A stretch of DNA of 64,000 nucleotides, taken from sequence record PZ347775.1; one strand, given 5' to 3'. How positions within the stretch are numbered: position 1 is the stretch's first letter; every line of letters begins with the position of its first letter. Source of the DNA: a phage. The position numbers and the translations under genes are program-made. The notes beneath the pieces were generated by a model. The model did not search any database. It was not told where the DNA came from and saw only the letters and a list, made by a program, of their open reading frames with translations. Positions 28,946 through 46,313 of this stretch are shown here, piece by piece.

Positions 28946-30525
28946 GTAATAATACATATCAACACGTTTCTAATGAATCTCGTTATGTAAAATTTGATCC
29001 TACCGATACAAATTTTCCACCAGAGATTACTGATGTTCAGGCTGCTATAGCAGCCATTTCTCCTGCTGGCGTAAATGGAGTTCCTGATGCATCGTCAACA
29101 ACAAAGGGAATTTTATTTCTTGCCACTGAACAGGAAGTTATAGATGGAACTAATAATACCAAAGCAGTTACACCAGCAACGTTGGCAACAAGATTATCAT
29201 ATCCAAACGCAACTGAAACTGTTTACGGATTAACAAGATATTCAACCGATGATGAAGCCATTGCTGGAGTTAATAATGAATCTTCTATAACTCCTGCTAA
29301 ATTTACTGTCGCCCTTAATAATGCCTTTGAAACTCGTGTTTCAACTGAATCATCAAATGGGGTTATTAAAATTTCATCTCTACCACAAGCATTAGCTGGT
29401 GCAGATGATACTACTGCAATGACTCCATTAAAAACACAACAGTTAGCTGTTAAATTGATTGCGCAAATTGCTCCTTCTAAAAATGCTGCTACAGAATCTG
29501 AACAAGGCATAATTCAGTTAGCTACAGTAGCACAGGCTCGTCAGGGAACTTTAAGAGAAGGATACGCAATTTCTCCTTATACGTTTATGAATTCTACTGC
29601 TACTGAAGAATATAAAGGCGTAATTAAATTAGGAACACAGTCAGAAGTTAACTCGAATAATGCTTCTGTTGCGGTTACTGGCGCAACTCTGAATGGTCGT
29701 GGTTCTACGACGTCAATGAGAGGCGTAGTTAAATTAACTACAACCGCCGGTTCACAGAGTGGAGGCGATGCTTCATCAGCCTTAGCTTGGAATGCTGACG
29801 TTATCCACCAAAGAGGCGGTCAAACTATTAATGGAACACTTCGCATTAATAACACACTTACAATAGCTTCAGGTGGAGCAAATATTACCGGAACAGTTAA
29901 CATGACTGGCGGTTATATTCAAGGTAAGCGTGTCGTAACACAAAATGAAATTGATAGAACTATTCCTGTCGGAGCTATTATGATGTGGGCCGCTGATAGT
30001 CTTCCTAGTGATGCTTGGCGTTTTTGCCATGGTGGAACTGTTTCAGCGTCAGATTGTCCATTATATGCTTCTAGAATTGGAACAAGATATGGCGGAAGCT
30101 CATCAAATCCCGGATTACCTGACATGCGTGGTCTTTTTGTTCGTGGTTCTGGTCGTGGCTCTCACTTAACAAATCCAAATGTTAATGGTAATGACCAATT
30201 TGGTAAGCCTAGATTAGGTGTAGGTTGTACCGGCGGATATGTTGGCGAAGTACAAAAACAGCAGATGTCTTATCATAAACATGCTGGCGGATTTGGTGAA
30301 TGGGATGATGCTGGAGCATTTGGTAATACCCGCAGATCAAATTTTGTCGGTACACGCAAAGGACTTGACTGGGATAACCGTTCATACTTCACTAATGACG
30401 GATATGAAATTGACCCAGCATCACAACGAAATTCCAGATATACATTAAATCGTCCCGAATTAATTGGAAATGAAACACGTCCATGGAACATTTCTTTAAA
30501 CTACATAATTAAGGTAAAAGAATGA
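28942..30525 (+). CDS. 12: short tail fibre gp12
   Basis: 527 aa as in T4. Confidence 0.95.
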   Translation: MSNNTYQHVSNESRYVKFDPTDTNFPPEITDVQAAIAAISPAGVNGVPDASSTTKGILFLATEQEVIDGTNNTKAVTPATLATRLSYPNATETVYGLTRYSTDDEAIAGVNNESSITPAKFTVALNNAFETRVSTESSNGVIKISSLPQALAGADDTTAMTPLKTQQLAVKLIAQIAPSKNAATESEQGIIQLATVAQARQGTLREGYAISPYTFMNSTATEEYKGVIKLGTQSEVNSNNASVAVTGATLNGRGSTTSMRGVVKLTTTAGSQSGGDASSALAWNADVIHQRGGQTINGTLRINNTLTIASGGANITGTVNMTGGYIQGKRVVTQNEIDRTIPVGAIMMWAADSLPSDAWRFCHGGTVSASDCPLYASRIGTRYGGSSSNPGLPDMRGLFVRGSGRGSHLTNPNVNGNDQFGKPRLGVGCTGGYVGEVQKQQMSYHKHAGGFGEWDDAGAFGNTRRSNFVGTRKGLDWDNRSYFTNDGYEIDPASQRNSRYTLNRPELIGNETRPWNISLNYIIKVKE

Positions 30526-31985
30526 CAGATATTGTACTGAATGACTTACCATTCGTTGACGGCCCTCCTGCAGAGGGCCAGAGCCGCATTTCCTGGATTA
30601 AAAACGGCGAAGAAATATTAGGAGCTGACACACAATATGGAAGTGAAGGCTCAATGAATAGACCTACAGTTTCTGTACTAAGAAATGTTGAAGTTCTTGA
30701 TAAAAACATTGGAATACTTAAAACATCTTTAGAAACCGCAAATAGTGATATTAAAACAATTCAGGGCATCTTAGATGTATCTGGTGATATTGAAGCTTTG
30801 GCCCAAATAAGTATCAATAAAAAGGATATTTCTGACCTCAAAACGCTAACCAGTGAACACACAGAAATATTAAATGGAACTAATAATACGGTTGACAGTA
30901 TTCTTGCCGATATTGGTCCATTTAACTCCGAGGCCAACTCTGTATACAGAACAATCAGAAATGATTTACTGTGGATAAAGCGTGAACTTGGACAATACAC
31001 TGGTCAAGATATTAATGGTCTTCCTGTTGTAGGAAATCCTAGTAGTGGAATGAAGCATCGTATTATTAATAATACCGATGTCATTACTTCACAGGGAATA
31101 CGTTTAAGCGAATTAGAAACAAAATTTATTGAATCTGATGTAGGTTCTTTGACTATTGAAGTTGGTAATCTCCGTGAAGAGCTTGGACCTAAACCACCAT
31201 CATTTTCACAAAACGTTTATAGCCGCTTAAATGAAATTGACACTAAACAGACAACAGTTGAGTCTGACATTAGCGCTATTAAGACCTCAATAGGATATCC
31301 AGGAAATAATTCGATTATCACGAGTGTTAATACAAACACTGATAATATTGCATCTATTAATTTAGAGCTAAATCAAAGTGGAGGTATTAAACAGCGTTTA
31401 ACCGTTATTGAAACTTCTATTGGTTCAGATGATATTCCTTCGAGTATTAAAGGTCAAATCAAAGATAATACGACTTCAATTGAAGCTCTAAATGGAATCG
31501 TCGGTGAAAACACTTCATCCGGTTTAAGAGCGAATGTTTCGTGGTTAAACCAAATTGTTGGAACTGATTCTAGCGGTGGACAACCTTCTCCTCCTGGGTC
31601 TCTTTTAAACCGAGTTTCTACAATTGAAACTTCTGTTTCAAGCTTGAACAACGATGTTCAGAACCTACAAGTAGAGATTGGTAATAACAGCACAGGAATT
31701 AAAGGGCAAGTTGTAGCATTAAATACTTTAGTAAATGGAACTAATCCAAACGGTTCAACTGTCGAAGAACGTGGATTAACCAATTCAATAAAAGCTAACG
31801 AAACCAACATCGCATCAGTTACACAAGAAGTGAATACAGCCAAAGGTAGTATATCTTCTCTGCAAGGTGATGTTCAAGCTCTACAAGAAGCAGGTTATAT
31901 TCCTGAAGCTCCAAAAGATGGTCAAGCTTACGTTCGTAAAGACGGCGAATGGGTATTACTTTCTACCTTTTTATCACCAGCATAA
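30522..31985 (+). CDS. wac: fibritin (whisker) Wac
   Basis: 487 aa; C-terminal foldon [27 protein letters not shown]. Confidence 0.95.
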   Translation: MTDIVLNDLPFVDGPPAEGQSRISWIKNGEEILGADTQYGSEGSMNRPTVSVLRNVEVLDKNIGILKTSLETANSDIKTIQGILDVSGDIEALAQISINKKDISDLKTLTSEHTEILNGTNNTVDSILADIGPFNSEANSVYRTIRNDLLWIKRELGQYTGQDINGLPVVGNPSSGMKHRIINNTDVITSQGIRLSELETKFIESDVGSLTIEVGNLREELGPKPPSFSQNVYSRLNEIDTKQTTVESDISAIKTSIGYPGNNSIITSVNTNTDNIASINLELNQSGGIKQRLTVIETSIGSDDIPSSIKGQIKDNTTSIEALNGIVGENTSSGLRANVSWLNQIVGTDSSGGQPSPPGSLLNRVSTIETSVSSLNNDVQNLQVEIGNNSTGIKGQVVALNTLVNGTNPNGSTVEERGLTNSIKANETNIASVTQEVNTAKGSISSLQGDVQALQEAGYIPEAPKDGQAYVRKDGEWVLLSTFLSPA

Positions 31986-31988
31986 CAT

Positions 31989-32015
31989 GGGGCCGCAAGG
32001 CCCCAAAGGATTTTT
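31989..32015 (+). terminator. terminator-like hairpin after wac
   Basis: GGGGCC-GCAA-GGCCCC hairpin then AAAGGATTTTT. Confidence 0.4.
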
Positions 32016-32017
32016 AA

Positions 32018-33719
<1,702 letters not shown>

Positions 33720-33760
33720 TAAATATTATAAACTAATTAAAGCCCAGATTAGGAGAAATC

Positions 33761-36901
<3,141 letters not shown>

Positions 36902-36929
36902 TATTAAAGCATATTAAAGAGGATTAAAA

Positions 36930-38909
36930 ATGACTTTATTATCTCCGGGCATTGAGCTCAAAGAAACTACGGTTCAAAGCACCGTGGTTAATAACTCTAC
37001 TGGTACAGCAGCTTTGGCCGGTAAATTCCAGTGGGGTCCTGCTTTTCAGATTAAACAGGTTACAAATGAAGTAGATTTAGTTAATACTTTTGGTCAACCA
37101 ACCGCTGAAACTGCTGACTATTTTATGTCTGCGATGAATTTCTTGCAGTACGGAAATGACTTACGAGTAGTTCGTGCTGTTGATAGAGATACCGCTAAAA
37201 ACTCATCGCCAATTGCTGGTAATATTGAATACACAATTTCTACCCCAGGTAGTAACTACGCGGTTGGAGATAAAATCACGGTCAAATATGTTTCAGATGA
37301 TATTGAAACTGAAGGTAAAATTACTGAAGTAGACGCAGATGGAAAAATTAAGAAAATTAATATTCCTACTGCAAAAATTATCGCTAAAGCGAAAGAAGTA
37401 GGCGAATATCCAACACTAGGTTCTAACTGGACTGCGGAAATTTCTTCATCTTCCTCTGGTTTAGCTGCAGTAATAACTCTTGGAAAAATTATTACTGATT
37501 CTGGTATTTTATTAGCTGAAATTGAAAATGCTGAAGCTGCTATAACAGCTGTTGATTTTCAGGAAAATCTTAAAAAATATGGAATTCCAGGAGTAGTAGC
37601 TCTTTATCCAGGCGAGTTGGGCGATAAAATCGAAATTGAAATCGTATCTAAAGCTGACTACGCAAAAGGGGCTTCTGCATTACTTCCAATTTATCCAGGT
37701 GGCGGAACGCGCGCATCTACTGCCAAAGCAGTGTTTGGATATGGACCACAAACTGATTCACAGTACGCTATTATAGTTCGTCGCAATGATGCTATTGTTC
37801 AAAGCGTTGTTCTTTCAACGAAGCGTGGTGAAAAAGATATTTACGATAGTAACATCTATATTGATGACTTTTTCGCAAAAGGTGGTTCAGAATATATTTT
37901 CGCAACTGCACAAAACTGGCCAGAAGGCTTCTCTGGAATTTTAACTCTGTCTGGCGGATTATCATCAAATGCTGAAGTAACAGCAGGAGATTTGATGGAA
38001 GCTTGGGACTTCTTTGCTGACCGCGAATCTGTTGATGTTCAGTTGTTTATTGCGGGTTCTTGCGCCGGCGAATCTTTAGAAACAGCATCTACTGTCCAAA
38101 AACACGTCGTTTCAATTGGTGATGCTCGCCAAGACTGCTTAGTATTGTGCTCTCCTCCGCGTGAAACTGTAGTTGGAATTCCTGTAACTCGTGCTGTTGA
38201 TAACTTAGTCAATTGGAGAACTGCAACAGGTTCATACACTGATAATAACTTTAATATCAGTTCAACCTATGCGGCAATTGATGGTAACTATAAGTATCAG
38301 TATGACAAATATAATGATGTGAATCGTTGGGTTCCATTAGCAGCTGATATTGCTGGTTTATGCGCAAGAACTGATAACGTTTCTCATACTTGGATGTCTC
38401 CAGCTGGTTATAATCGTGGCCAGATTCTTAACGTTATTAAACTTGCTATTGAAACTCGCCAAGCTCAGCGCGACCGTTTATACCAAGAAGCTATTAACCC
38501 GGTAACTGGCACAGGTGGCGATGGTTACGTATTGTATGGTGATAAAACAGCTACTTCTGTTCCTTCTCCGTTTGATCGTATTAACGTTCGTCGTCTGTTT
38601 AATATGTTGAAAACGAATATCGGACGTAGTTCAAAATATCGTTTGTTCGAATTAAACAACGCGTTTACTCGTTCATCATTCCGCACAGAAACTGCCCAGT
38701 ACTTGCAGGGAATTAAAGCTCTCGGTGGAATTTATGAATATCGTGTAGTTTGCGATACAACAAATAACACTCCGTCAGTAATTGATAGAAATGAGTTTGT
38801 TGCAACATTCTACATCCAACCGGCTAGAAGCATTAACTACATTACCTTAAACTTCGTAGCAACTGCTACTGGTGCAGATTTCGATGAGTTAACTGGTCTT
38901 GCAGGTTAA
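36930..38909 (+). CDS. 18: tail sheath protein gp18
   Basis: 659 aa as in T4. Confidence 0.95.
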   Translation: MTLLSPGIELKETTVQSTVVNNSTGTAALAGKFQWGPAFQIKQVTNEVDLVNTFGQPTAETADYFMSAMNFLQYGNDLRVVRAVDRDTAKNSSPIAGNIEYTISTPGSNYAVGDKITVKYVSDDIETEGKITEVDADGKIKKINIPTAKIIAKAKEVGEYPTLGSNWTAEISSSSSGLAAVITLGKIITDSGILLAEIENAEAAITAVDFQENLKKYGIPGVVALYPGELGDKIEIEIVSKADYAKGASALLPIYPGGGTRASTAKAVFGYGPQTDSQYAIIVRRNDAIVQSVVLSTKRGEKDIYDSNIYIDDFFAKGGSEYIFATAQNWPEGFSGILTLSGGLSSNAEVTAGDLMEAWDFFADRESVDVQLFIAGSCAGESLETASTVQKHVVSIGDARQDCLVLCSPPRETVVGIPVTRAVDNLVNWRTATGSYTDNNFNISSTYAAIDGNYKYQYDKYNDVNRWVPLAADIAGLCARTDNVSHTWMSPAGYNRGQILNVIKLAIETRQAQRDRLYQEAINPVTGTGGDGYVLYGDKTATSVPSPFDRINVRRLFNMLKTNIGRSSKYRLFELNNAFTRSSFRTETAQYLQGIKALGGIYEYRVVCDTTNNTPSVIDRNEFVATFYIQPARSINYITLNFVATATGADFDELTGLAG

Positions 38910-38925
38910 TACGGTGCATTCTAAA

Positions 38926-38943
38926 GGCCTGTTTCGGCAGGCC
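38926..38943 (+). other. stem-loop after gene 18
   Basis: GGCCTG-TTTCGG-CAGGCC hairpin directly before the gene 19 late promoters; no T-run. Confidence 0.35.
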
Positions 38944-38944
38944 A

Positions 38945-38952
38945 TATAAATA
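38945..38952 (+). promoter_or_regulatory. late promoter (TATAAATA), distal, for gene 19
   Basis: exact TATAAATA. Confidence 0.5.
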
Positions 38953-39003
38953 CACTATATCCTTAATTCTTTAATTCTATATGCCCTAGGTTAAACATAG
39001 GGA

Positions 39004-39011
39004 TATAAATA
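39004..39011 (+). promoter_or_regulatory. late promoter (TATAAATA), proximal, for gene 19
   Basis: exact TATAAATA 15 nt upstream of gene 19 ATG. Confidence 0.6.
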
Positions 39012-39025
39012 CTACAGAGGCTAAT

Positions 39026-39517
39026 ATGTTTGTAGATGATGTAACACGAGCGTTTGAATCTGGTGATTTTGCTCGACCTAACTTATTCCAAGTAGAAATT
39101 TCTTATCTTGGACAAAATTTTACGTTTCAATGTAAAGCCACTGCTTTACCAGCTGGTATTGTAGAAAAAATTCCAGTCGGATTTATGAACCGTAAAATTA
39201 ACGTAGCAGGCGATCGTACATTCGATGACTGGACTATTACAGTAATGAATGACGAGGCGCATGATGCACGTCAGAAGTTTGTTGACTGGCAAAGCATTGC
39301 TGCTGGGCAAGGAAACGAAATTACTGGTGGAAAACCGGCAGAGTATAAAAAGAGTGCTATTGTACGCCAATATGCTCGTGACGCTAAAACTGTAACAAAA
39401 GAAGTCGAAATTAAAGGCCTGTGGCCTACTAACGTGGGTGAACTTCAGTTAGATTGGGATTCAAACAATGAAATCCAAACCTTTGAAGTAACTCTCGCTC
39501 TCGATTATTGGGAATAA
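39026..39517 (+). CDS. 19: tail tube protein gp19
   Basis: 163 aa, MFVDDVTRAFESGDFARPNLFQVEISYLG... as recalled for T4 gp19. Confidence 0.95.
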   Translation: MFVDDVTRAFESGDFARPNLFQVEISYLGQNFTFQCKATALPAGIVEKIPVGFMNRKINVAGDRTFDDWTITVMNDEAHDARQKFVDWQSIAAGQGNEITGGKPAEYKKSAIVRQYARDAKTVTKEVEIKGLWPTNVGELQLDWDSNNEIQTFEVTLALDYWE

Positions 39518-39549
39518 AATGAATGGGGAGAAATCCCCATCCTGCTTAA

Positions 39550-41174
<1,625 letters not shown>

Positions 41175-41175
<1 letters not shown>

Positions 41176-41429
41176 TGGAAGGTTTAATTGAAGCTATTAA
41201 ATCAAACGACCTCGTAGCCGCTCGTAAATTATTTGCTGAAGCCATGGCTGCAAGAACGATTGATTTAATTAAAGAAGAAAAAATCGCTATCGCTCGTAAT
41301 TTCTTAATTGAAGGTGAAGAACCTGAAGACGAGGATGAAGATGAAGATGATGACGAAGATAGCGATGATAAAGACGACAAAAAAGACAAAGACTCTGATG
41401 AAGATGACGAAGACGAGGATGATGAATAA
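41175..41429 (+). CDS. 67: prohead core protein gp67
   Basis: 84 aa with extreme acidic Glu/Asp tract; TAATG overlaps on both sides. Confidence 0.9.
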
Positions 41430-41854
41430 TGCTTCTGATCCCTGAAACTCATGAATTAGTTCTCGAGAATGTCGAAGCACTTATTCCTGAAGCACAGGGT
41501 CGCTTTGACGAATTGTCTTCTGCTTTAAATAAAGACGATATAAATACAATTATCGAGAATATGCTTGATGATGAAACTGATTTAGCAGTTGCATTAGCTT
41601 CTATTAATGAAAACATGCCGTTAAATGAATTCATTGTTAAGCACGTTTCAGCTCGTGGTGAAATTACACGTACTAAAGATCGCAAAACACGCGAACGTAA
41701 TGCATTTCAAACCACTGGGCTGTCTAAAGCAAAACGTAGACAAATTGCTCGCAAAGCTACCAAAACGAAGATTGCCAATCCAGCAGGTCAATCTCGTGCT
41801 CAGCGTAAGCGTAAAAAAGCTCTTAAACGCCGTAAAGCATTAGGATTAAGCTAA
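41429..41854 (+). CDS. 68: prohead core protein gp68
   Basis: 141 aa as in T4. Confidence 0.9.
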   Translation: MLLIPETHELVLENVEALIPEAQGRFDELSSALNKDDINTIIENMLDDETDLAVALASINENMPLNEFIVKHVSARGEITRTKDRKTRERNAFQTTGLSKAKRRQIARKATKTKIANPAGQSRAQRKRKKALKRRKALGLS

Positions 41855-42492
41855 TGAATGAACCCCAATTATTAATTGAAACTTGGGGTCAACCTGGCGA
41901 AATTATTGATGGCGTGCCAATGCTTGAATCCCACGATGGAAAAGACCTAGGTTTAAAACCGGGTTTATACATCGAAGGAATATTCATGCAAGCAGAAGTC
42001 GTCAATAGAAATAAACGTCTTTATCCAAAACGCATATTAGAAAAAGCGGTAAAAGACTATATCAATGAGCAAGTTTTAACTAAACAAGCTCTCGGAGAAT
42101 TAAATCATCCTCCACGCGCTAATGTTGACCCGATGCAAGCCGCTATCATTATAGAAGATATGTGGTGGAAAGGAAATGACGTATACGGACGAGCTCGTGT
42201 TATTGAAGGTGACCATGGTCCTGGAGATAAATTAGCAGCTAATATTCGTGCCGGATGGATTCCAGGAGTTTCTTCTCGTGGATTAGGTTCATTGACTGAC
42301 ACAAATAAAGGTTATCGTATCGTAAACGAAGGATTCAAATTAACTGTAGGTGTTGATGCAGTATGGGGTCCAAGTGCTCCAGATGCATGGGTAACTCCTA
42401 AGGAAATTACCGAATCACAGACGGCGGAAGCCGATACAAGTGCCGATGACGCCTATATGGCTCTCGCAGAGGCCATGAAAAAAGCGTTATAA
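41854..42492 (+). CDS. 21: prohead core scaffold protein and protease gp21
   Basis: 212 aa as in T4. Confidence 0.93.
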   Translation: MNEPQLLIETWGQPGEIIDGVPMLESHDGKDLGLKPGLYIEGIFMQAEVVNRNKRLYPKRILEKAVKDYINEQVLTKQALGELNHPPRANVDPMQAAIIIEDMWWKGNDVYGRARVIEGDHGPGDKLAANIRAGWIPGVSSRGLGSLTDTNKGYRIVNEGFKLTVGVDAVWGPSAPDAWVTPKEITESQTAEADTSADDAYMALAEAMKKAL

Positions 42493-42495
42493 ATA
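42488..42495 (+). promoter_or_regulatory. late promoter (TATAAATA) for gene 22
   Basis: exact TATAAATA overlapping the gene 21 stop. Confidence 0.55.
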
Positions 42496-42522
42496 TTATT
42501 ATCTAAACAACAGGACTACAAA

Positions 42523-43332
42523 ATGCTTAAAGAACAACTGATTGCCGAAGCGCAGAAAATTGATGCTTCCGTTGCTCTTGATAGTATTTTCGAATCAGTT
42601 AATATTTCTCCGGAAGCAAAAGAAACTTTCGGCACTGTATTCGAAGCTACCGTCAAGCAGCACGCCGTTAAATTAGCTGAATCTCATATCGCTAAAATTG
42701 CTGAAAAAGCAGAAGAAGAAGTAGAAAAAAATAAAGAAGAAGCCGAAGAAAAAGCTGAGAAGAAAATCGCTGAGCAAGCTTCTAAATTCATCGACCATCT
42801 TGCGAAAGAATGGCTCGCTGAAAATAAATTAGCAGTTGATAAAGGCATCAAAGCCGAACTGTTTGAATCCATGCTTGGTGGATTAAAAGAGCTCTTTGTT
42901 GAACACAACGTTGTTGTTCCAGAAGAATCAGTTGATGTTGTGGCTGAAATGGAAGAAGAGCTGCAAGAACATAAAGAAGAATCAGCTCGTCTGTTCGAAG
43001 AACTCAATATGCGCGACGCATATATCAATTATGTGCAGCGTGAAGTGGCATTGAGCGAAAGTACTAAAGATCTGACTGAGTCTCAAAAAGAAAAAGTCTC
43101 TGCTCTGGTCGAAGGTATGGATTATTCAGATGAATTCTCAAGTAAATTGAGTGCCATCGTAGAAATGGTGAAGAAGTCTAATAAAGATGAAAGCACTATT
43201 ACTGAGGGTATAAATACTCCTGATACTGAAGCAGCCGGACTGAATTTCGTCACTGAAGCTGTAGAAGATAAAGCTGCACCTGGTGCAGAAGATATTGTAA
43301 GTGTATATGCGAAAGTCGCATCTCGTTTCTAA
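42523..43332 (+). CDS. 22: major prohead scaffolding core protein gp22
   Basis: 269 aa acidic coiled-coil. Confidence 0.93.
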   Translation: MLKEQLIAEAQKIDASVALDSIFESVNISPEAKETFGTVFEATVKQHAVKLAESHIAKIAEKAEEEVEKNKEEAEEKAEKKIAEQASKFIDHLAKEWLAENKLAVDKGIKAELFESMLGGLKELFVEHNVVVPEESVDVVAEMEEELQEHKEESARLFEELNMRDAYINYVQREVALSESTKDLTESQKEKVSALVEGMDYSDEFSSKLSAIVEMVKKSNKDESTITEGINTPDTEAAGLNFVTEAVEDKAAPGAEDIVSVYAKVASRF

Positions 43333-43350
43333 TTTTAAAGGTTAACACAA

Positions 43351-44916
43351 ATGACTATCAAAACTAAAGCTGAACTTTTGAACAAATGGAAGCCATTACT
43401 GGAAGGTGAAGGTTTACCGGAAATTGCTAATAGCAAACAAGCGATTATCGCTAAAATCTTTGAAAACCAGGAAAAAGATTTCCAGACAGCTCCAGAATAC
43501 AAAGACGAAAAAATCGCTCAGGCGTTCGGTTCTTTCTTAACAGAAGCTGAAATCGGTGGTGACCACGGTTACAATGCTACTAACATCGCTGCAGGTCAGA
43601 CTTCTGGCGCAGTAACTCAGATTGGTCCGGCTGTTATGGGTATGGTACGTCGTGCTATTCCTAACCTGATTGCTTTCGATATTTGCGGTGTTCAACCGAT
43701 GAGCAGCCCGACCGGTCAGGTATTCGCACTGCGCGCAGTATATGGTAAAGATCCGATCGCTGCCGATGCTAAAGAAGCATTCCACCCAATGTATGGTCCA
43801 GACGCAATGTTCTCTGGTCAGGGTGCTGCTAAGAAATTCCCAGCTCTGGCTGCTAGCACACAAACTACAGTAGGTGATATCTATACTCACTTCTTCCAGG
43901 ACACTGGTACTGTATATCTGCAGGCTTCTGTTCAAGTAACAATCGATGCTGGCGCGACTGATGCAACTAAATTAGATGCTGAAATTAAAAAACAAATGGA
44001 AGCTGGTGCACTGGTAGAAATCGCTGAAGGTATGGCTACTTCTATCGCTGAACTCCAGGAAGGTTTCAACGGTTCTACCGATAACCCATGGAATGAAATG
44101 GGCTTCCGTATCGATAAGCAAGTTATCGAAGCTAAATCTCGCCAGCTGAAAGCTGCTTACTCTATCGAATTAGCACAAGACCTCCGCGCTGTTCACGGTA
44201 TGGATGCTGATGCTGAACTGTCTGGTATTCTGGCTACCGAAATCATGCTGGAAATCAACCGTGAAATTGTTGATTGGATTAACTACTCCGCACAGGTTGG
44301 TAAATCTGGTATGACCCTGACTCCGGGTTCTAAAGCTGGTGTATTTGACTTCCAGGATCCAATTGATATTCGTGGTGCTCGCTGGGCGGGTGAATCCTTT
44401 AAAGCTCTGTTGTTCCAGATTGACAAAGAAGCAGTTGAAATTGCTCGTCAGACCGGTCGTGGTGAAGGTAACTTCATTATCGCTTCCCGTAACGTAGTTA
44501 ACGTTCTGGCTTCAGTTGATACTGGCATTTCTTATGCTGCACAGGGTCTGGCTACCGGCTTCAACACTGATACTACCAAGTCAGTATTTGCTGGTGTTCT
44601 GGGTGGTAAATACCGTGTATATATCGATCAGTATGCTAAACAGGATTATTTCACTGTAGGTTATAAAGGTCCGAACGAAATGGATGCTGGTATTTACTAT
44701 GCTCCATATGTAGCTCTGACTCCGCTGCGTGGTTCCGATCCGAAGAACTTCCAACCAGTAATGGGATTCAAAACTCGTTACGGTATCGGTATCAACCCAT
44801 TTGCAGAATCCGCTGCTCAGGCTCCGGCTTCTCGCATCCAGAGCGGTATGCCTTCTATTCTGAATAGCCTTGGTAAAAACGCTTACTTCCGCCGTGTATA
44901 TGTTAAAGGTATCTAA
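43351..44916 (+). CDS. 23: major capsid protein gp23
   Basis: 521 aa, MTIKTKAELLNKWKPLLEGEGLPEIANSKQAIIAK... as recalled for T4 gp23; host-like codon usage. Confidence 0.97.
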   Translation: MTIKTKAELLNKWKPLLEGEGLPEIANSKQAIIAKIFENQEKDFQTAPEYKDEKIAQAFGSFLTEAEIGGDHGYNATNIAAGQTSGAVTQIGPAVMGMVRRAIPNLIAFDICGVQPMSSPTGQVFALRAVYGKDPIAADAKEAFHPMYGPDAMFSGQGAAKKFPALAASTQTTVGDIYTHFFQDTGTVYLQASVQVTIDAGATDATKLDAEIKKQMEAGALVEIAEGMATSIAELQEGFNGSTDNPWNEMGFRIDKQVIEAKSRQLKAAYSIELAQDLRAVHGMDADAELSGILATEIMLEINREIVDWINYSAQVGKSGMTLTPGSKAGVFDFQDPIDIRGARWAGESFKALLFQIDKEAVEIARQTGRGEGNFIIASRNVVNVLASVDTGISYAAQGLATGFNTDTTKSVFAGVLGGKYRVYIDQYAKQDYFTVGYKGPNEMDAGIYYAPYVALTPLRGSDPKNFQPVMGFKTRYGIGINPFAESAAQAPASRIQSGMPSILNSLGKNAYFRRVYVKGI

Positions 44917-44931
44917 TCTTTGACGATTTAA

Positions 44932-44960
44932 GGGACCTTCGGGTCCCTTTAGTTGTTTTT
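44932..44960 (+). terminator. rho-independent terminator after gene 23
   Basis: GGGACC-UUCG-GGUCCC tetraloop hairpin followed by T-rich run. Confidence 0.7.
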
Positions 44961-44964
44961 ATGG

Positions 44965-44972
44965 TATAAATA
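44965..44972 (+). promoter_or_regulatory. late promoter (TATAAATA) for gene 24
   Basis: exact TATAAATA 27 nt upstream of gene 24 ATG. Confidence 0.6.
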
Positions 44973-44999
44973 AATCATATAAACCAAAAGGAAAGCGCA

Positions 45000-46283
45000 A
45001 TGGCTAAAATCAACGAACTTCTGCGCGAATCAACCACAACGAATAGCAACTCAATCGGTCGCCCAAATCTCGTTGCTTTGACTCGCGCTACCACTAAATT
45101 AATATATTCTGACATTGTAGCAACGCAAAGAACTAATCAACCTGTTGCTGCTTTTTATGGTATCAAATACCTTAACCCAGATAACGAATTTACGTTTAAA
45201 ACTGGTGCTACTTACGCTGGCGAAGCTGGATATGTAGACCGAGAACAAATCACAGAATTAACAGAAGAGTCTAAATTAACTCTCAATAAAGGCGATTTAT
45301 TCAAATATAATAATATCGTTTATAAAGTATTAGAAGATACACCATTTGCTACCATTGAAGAAAGCGATTTAGAATTAGCTCTTCAGATTGCAATTGTTCT
45401 TTTAAAGGTTCGTCTATTTTCTGACGCAGCGTCAACGAGCAAATTTGAAAGCTCTGATAGCGAAATTGCGGATGCTAGATTCCAGATTAATAAATGGCAA
45501 ACCGCAGTTAAATCTCGTAAACTTAAAACTGGCATTACGGTTGAATTAGCACAAGATTTAGAAGCAAATGGATTCGATGCTCCTAATTTCTTGGAAGATT
45601 TGCTTGCAACTGAAATGGCAGATGAAATCAATAAAGATATTCTGCAGTCTTTGATTACAGTATCAAAACGTTATAAAGTTACAGGAATTACTGATACTGG
45701 ATTCATTGATTTGAGTTATGCATCTGCACCTGAAGCTGGTCGTTCATTATACCGAATGGTATGTGAAATGGTTTCGCATATCCAAAAAGAATCAACTTAT
45801 ACTGCAACGTTCTGTGTTGCTTCAGCTCGTGCCGCTGCGATTCTTGCTGCATCAGGTTGGTTAAAACATAAACCAGAAGATGACAAATATCTTTCACAAA
45901 ATGCCTACGGGTTCTTAGCTAATGGTTTACCGCTTTATTGCGATACTAACAGCCCATTAGATTATGTAATCGTTGGTGTAGTAGAAAATATCGGTGAAAA
46001 AGAAATCGTCGGATCAATTTTCTATGCTCCGTATACAGAAGGTCTTGACTTAGATGACCCTGAACATGTAGGTGCATTTAAAGTTGTAGTTGATCCAGAA
46101 AGTTTGCAGCCATCTATCGGTTTATTGGTTAGATATGCTTTATCTGCAAATCCTTATACTGTAGCAAAAGATGAAAAAGAAGCAAGAATAATTGATGGTG
46201 GAGACATGGATAAAATGGCGGGTCGTTCAGATTTGTCTGTTTTATTAGGTGTTAAGCTACCAAAAATTATCGTTGATGAATAA
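45000..46283 (+). CDS. 24: capsid vertex protein gp24
   Basis: 427 aa, gp23 paralogue. Confidence 0.95.
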   Translation: MAKINELLRESTTTNSNSIGRPNLVALTRATTKLIYSDIVATQRTNQPVAAFYGIKYLNPDNEFTFKTGATYAGEAGYVDREQITELTEESKLTLNKGDLFKYNNIVYKVLEDTPFATIEESDLELALQIAIVLLKVRLFSDAASTSKFESSDSEIADARFQINKWQTAVKSRKLKTGITVELAQDLEANGFDAPNFLEDLLATEMADEINKDILQSLITVSKRYKVTGITDTGFIDLSYASAPEAGRSLYRMVCEMVSHIQKESTYTATFCVASARAAAILAASGWLKHKPEDDKYLSQNAYGFLANGLPLYCDTNSPLDYVIVGVVENIGEKEIVGSIFYAPYTEGLDLDDPEHVGAFKVVVDPESLQPSIGLLVRYALSANPYTVAKDEKEARIIDGGDMDKMAGRSDLSVLLGVKLPKIIVDE

Positions 46284-46313
46284 AACAAAGGGACCGAAAG
46301 GTCCCTTTTATTT
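46282..46313. terminator. bidirectional terminator between convergent genes 24 and rnlB
   Basis: GGGACC-GAAA-GGTCCC hairpin flanked by A-run upstream and T-run downstream. Confidence 0.6.

Noticed and set aside
44917-44999. Homing-endonuclease or intron insertion between genes 23 and 24, as occurs in some T-even genomes
   Set aside because: The gap is only 83 nt and holds just a terminator hairpin and late promoter.
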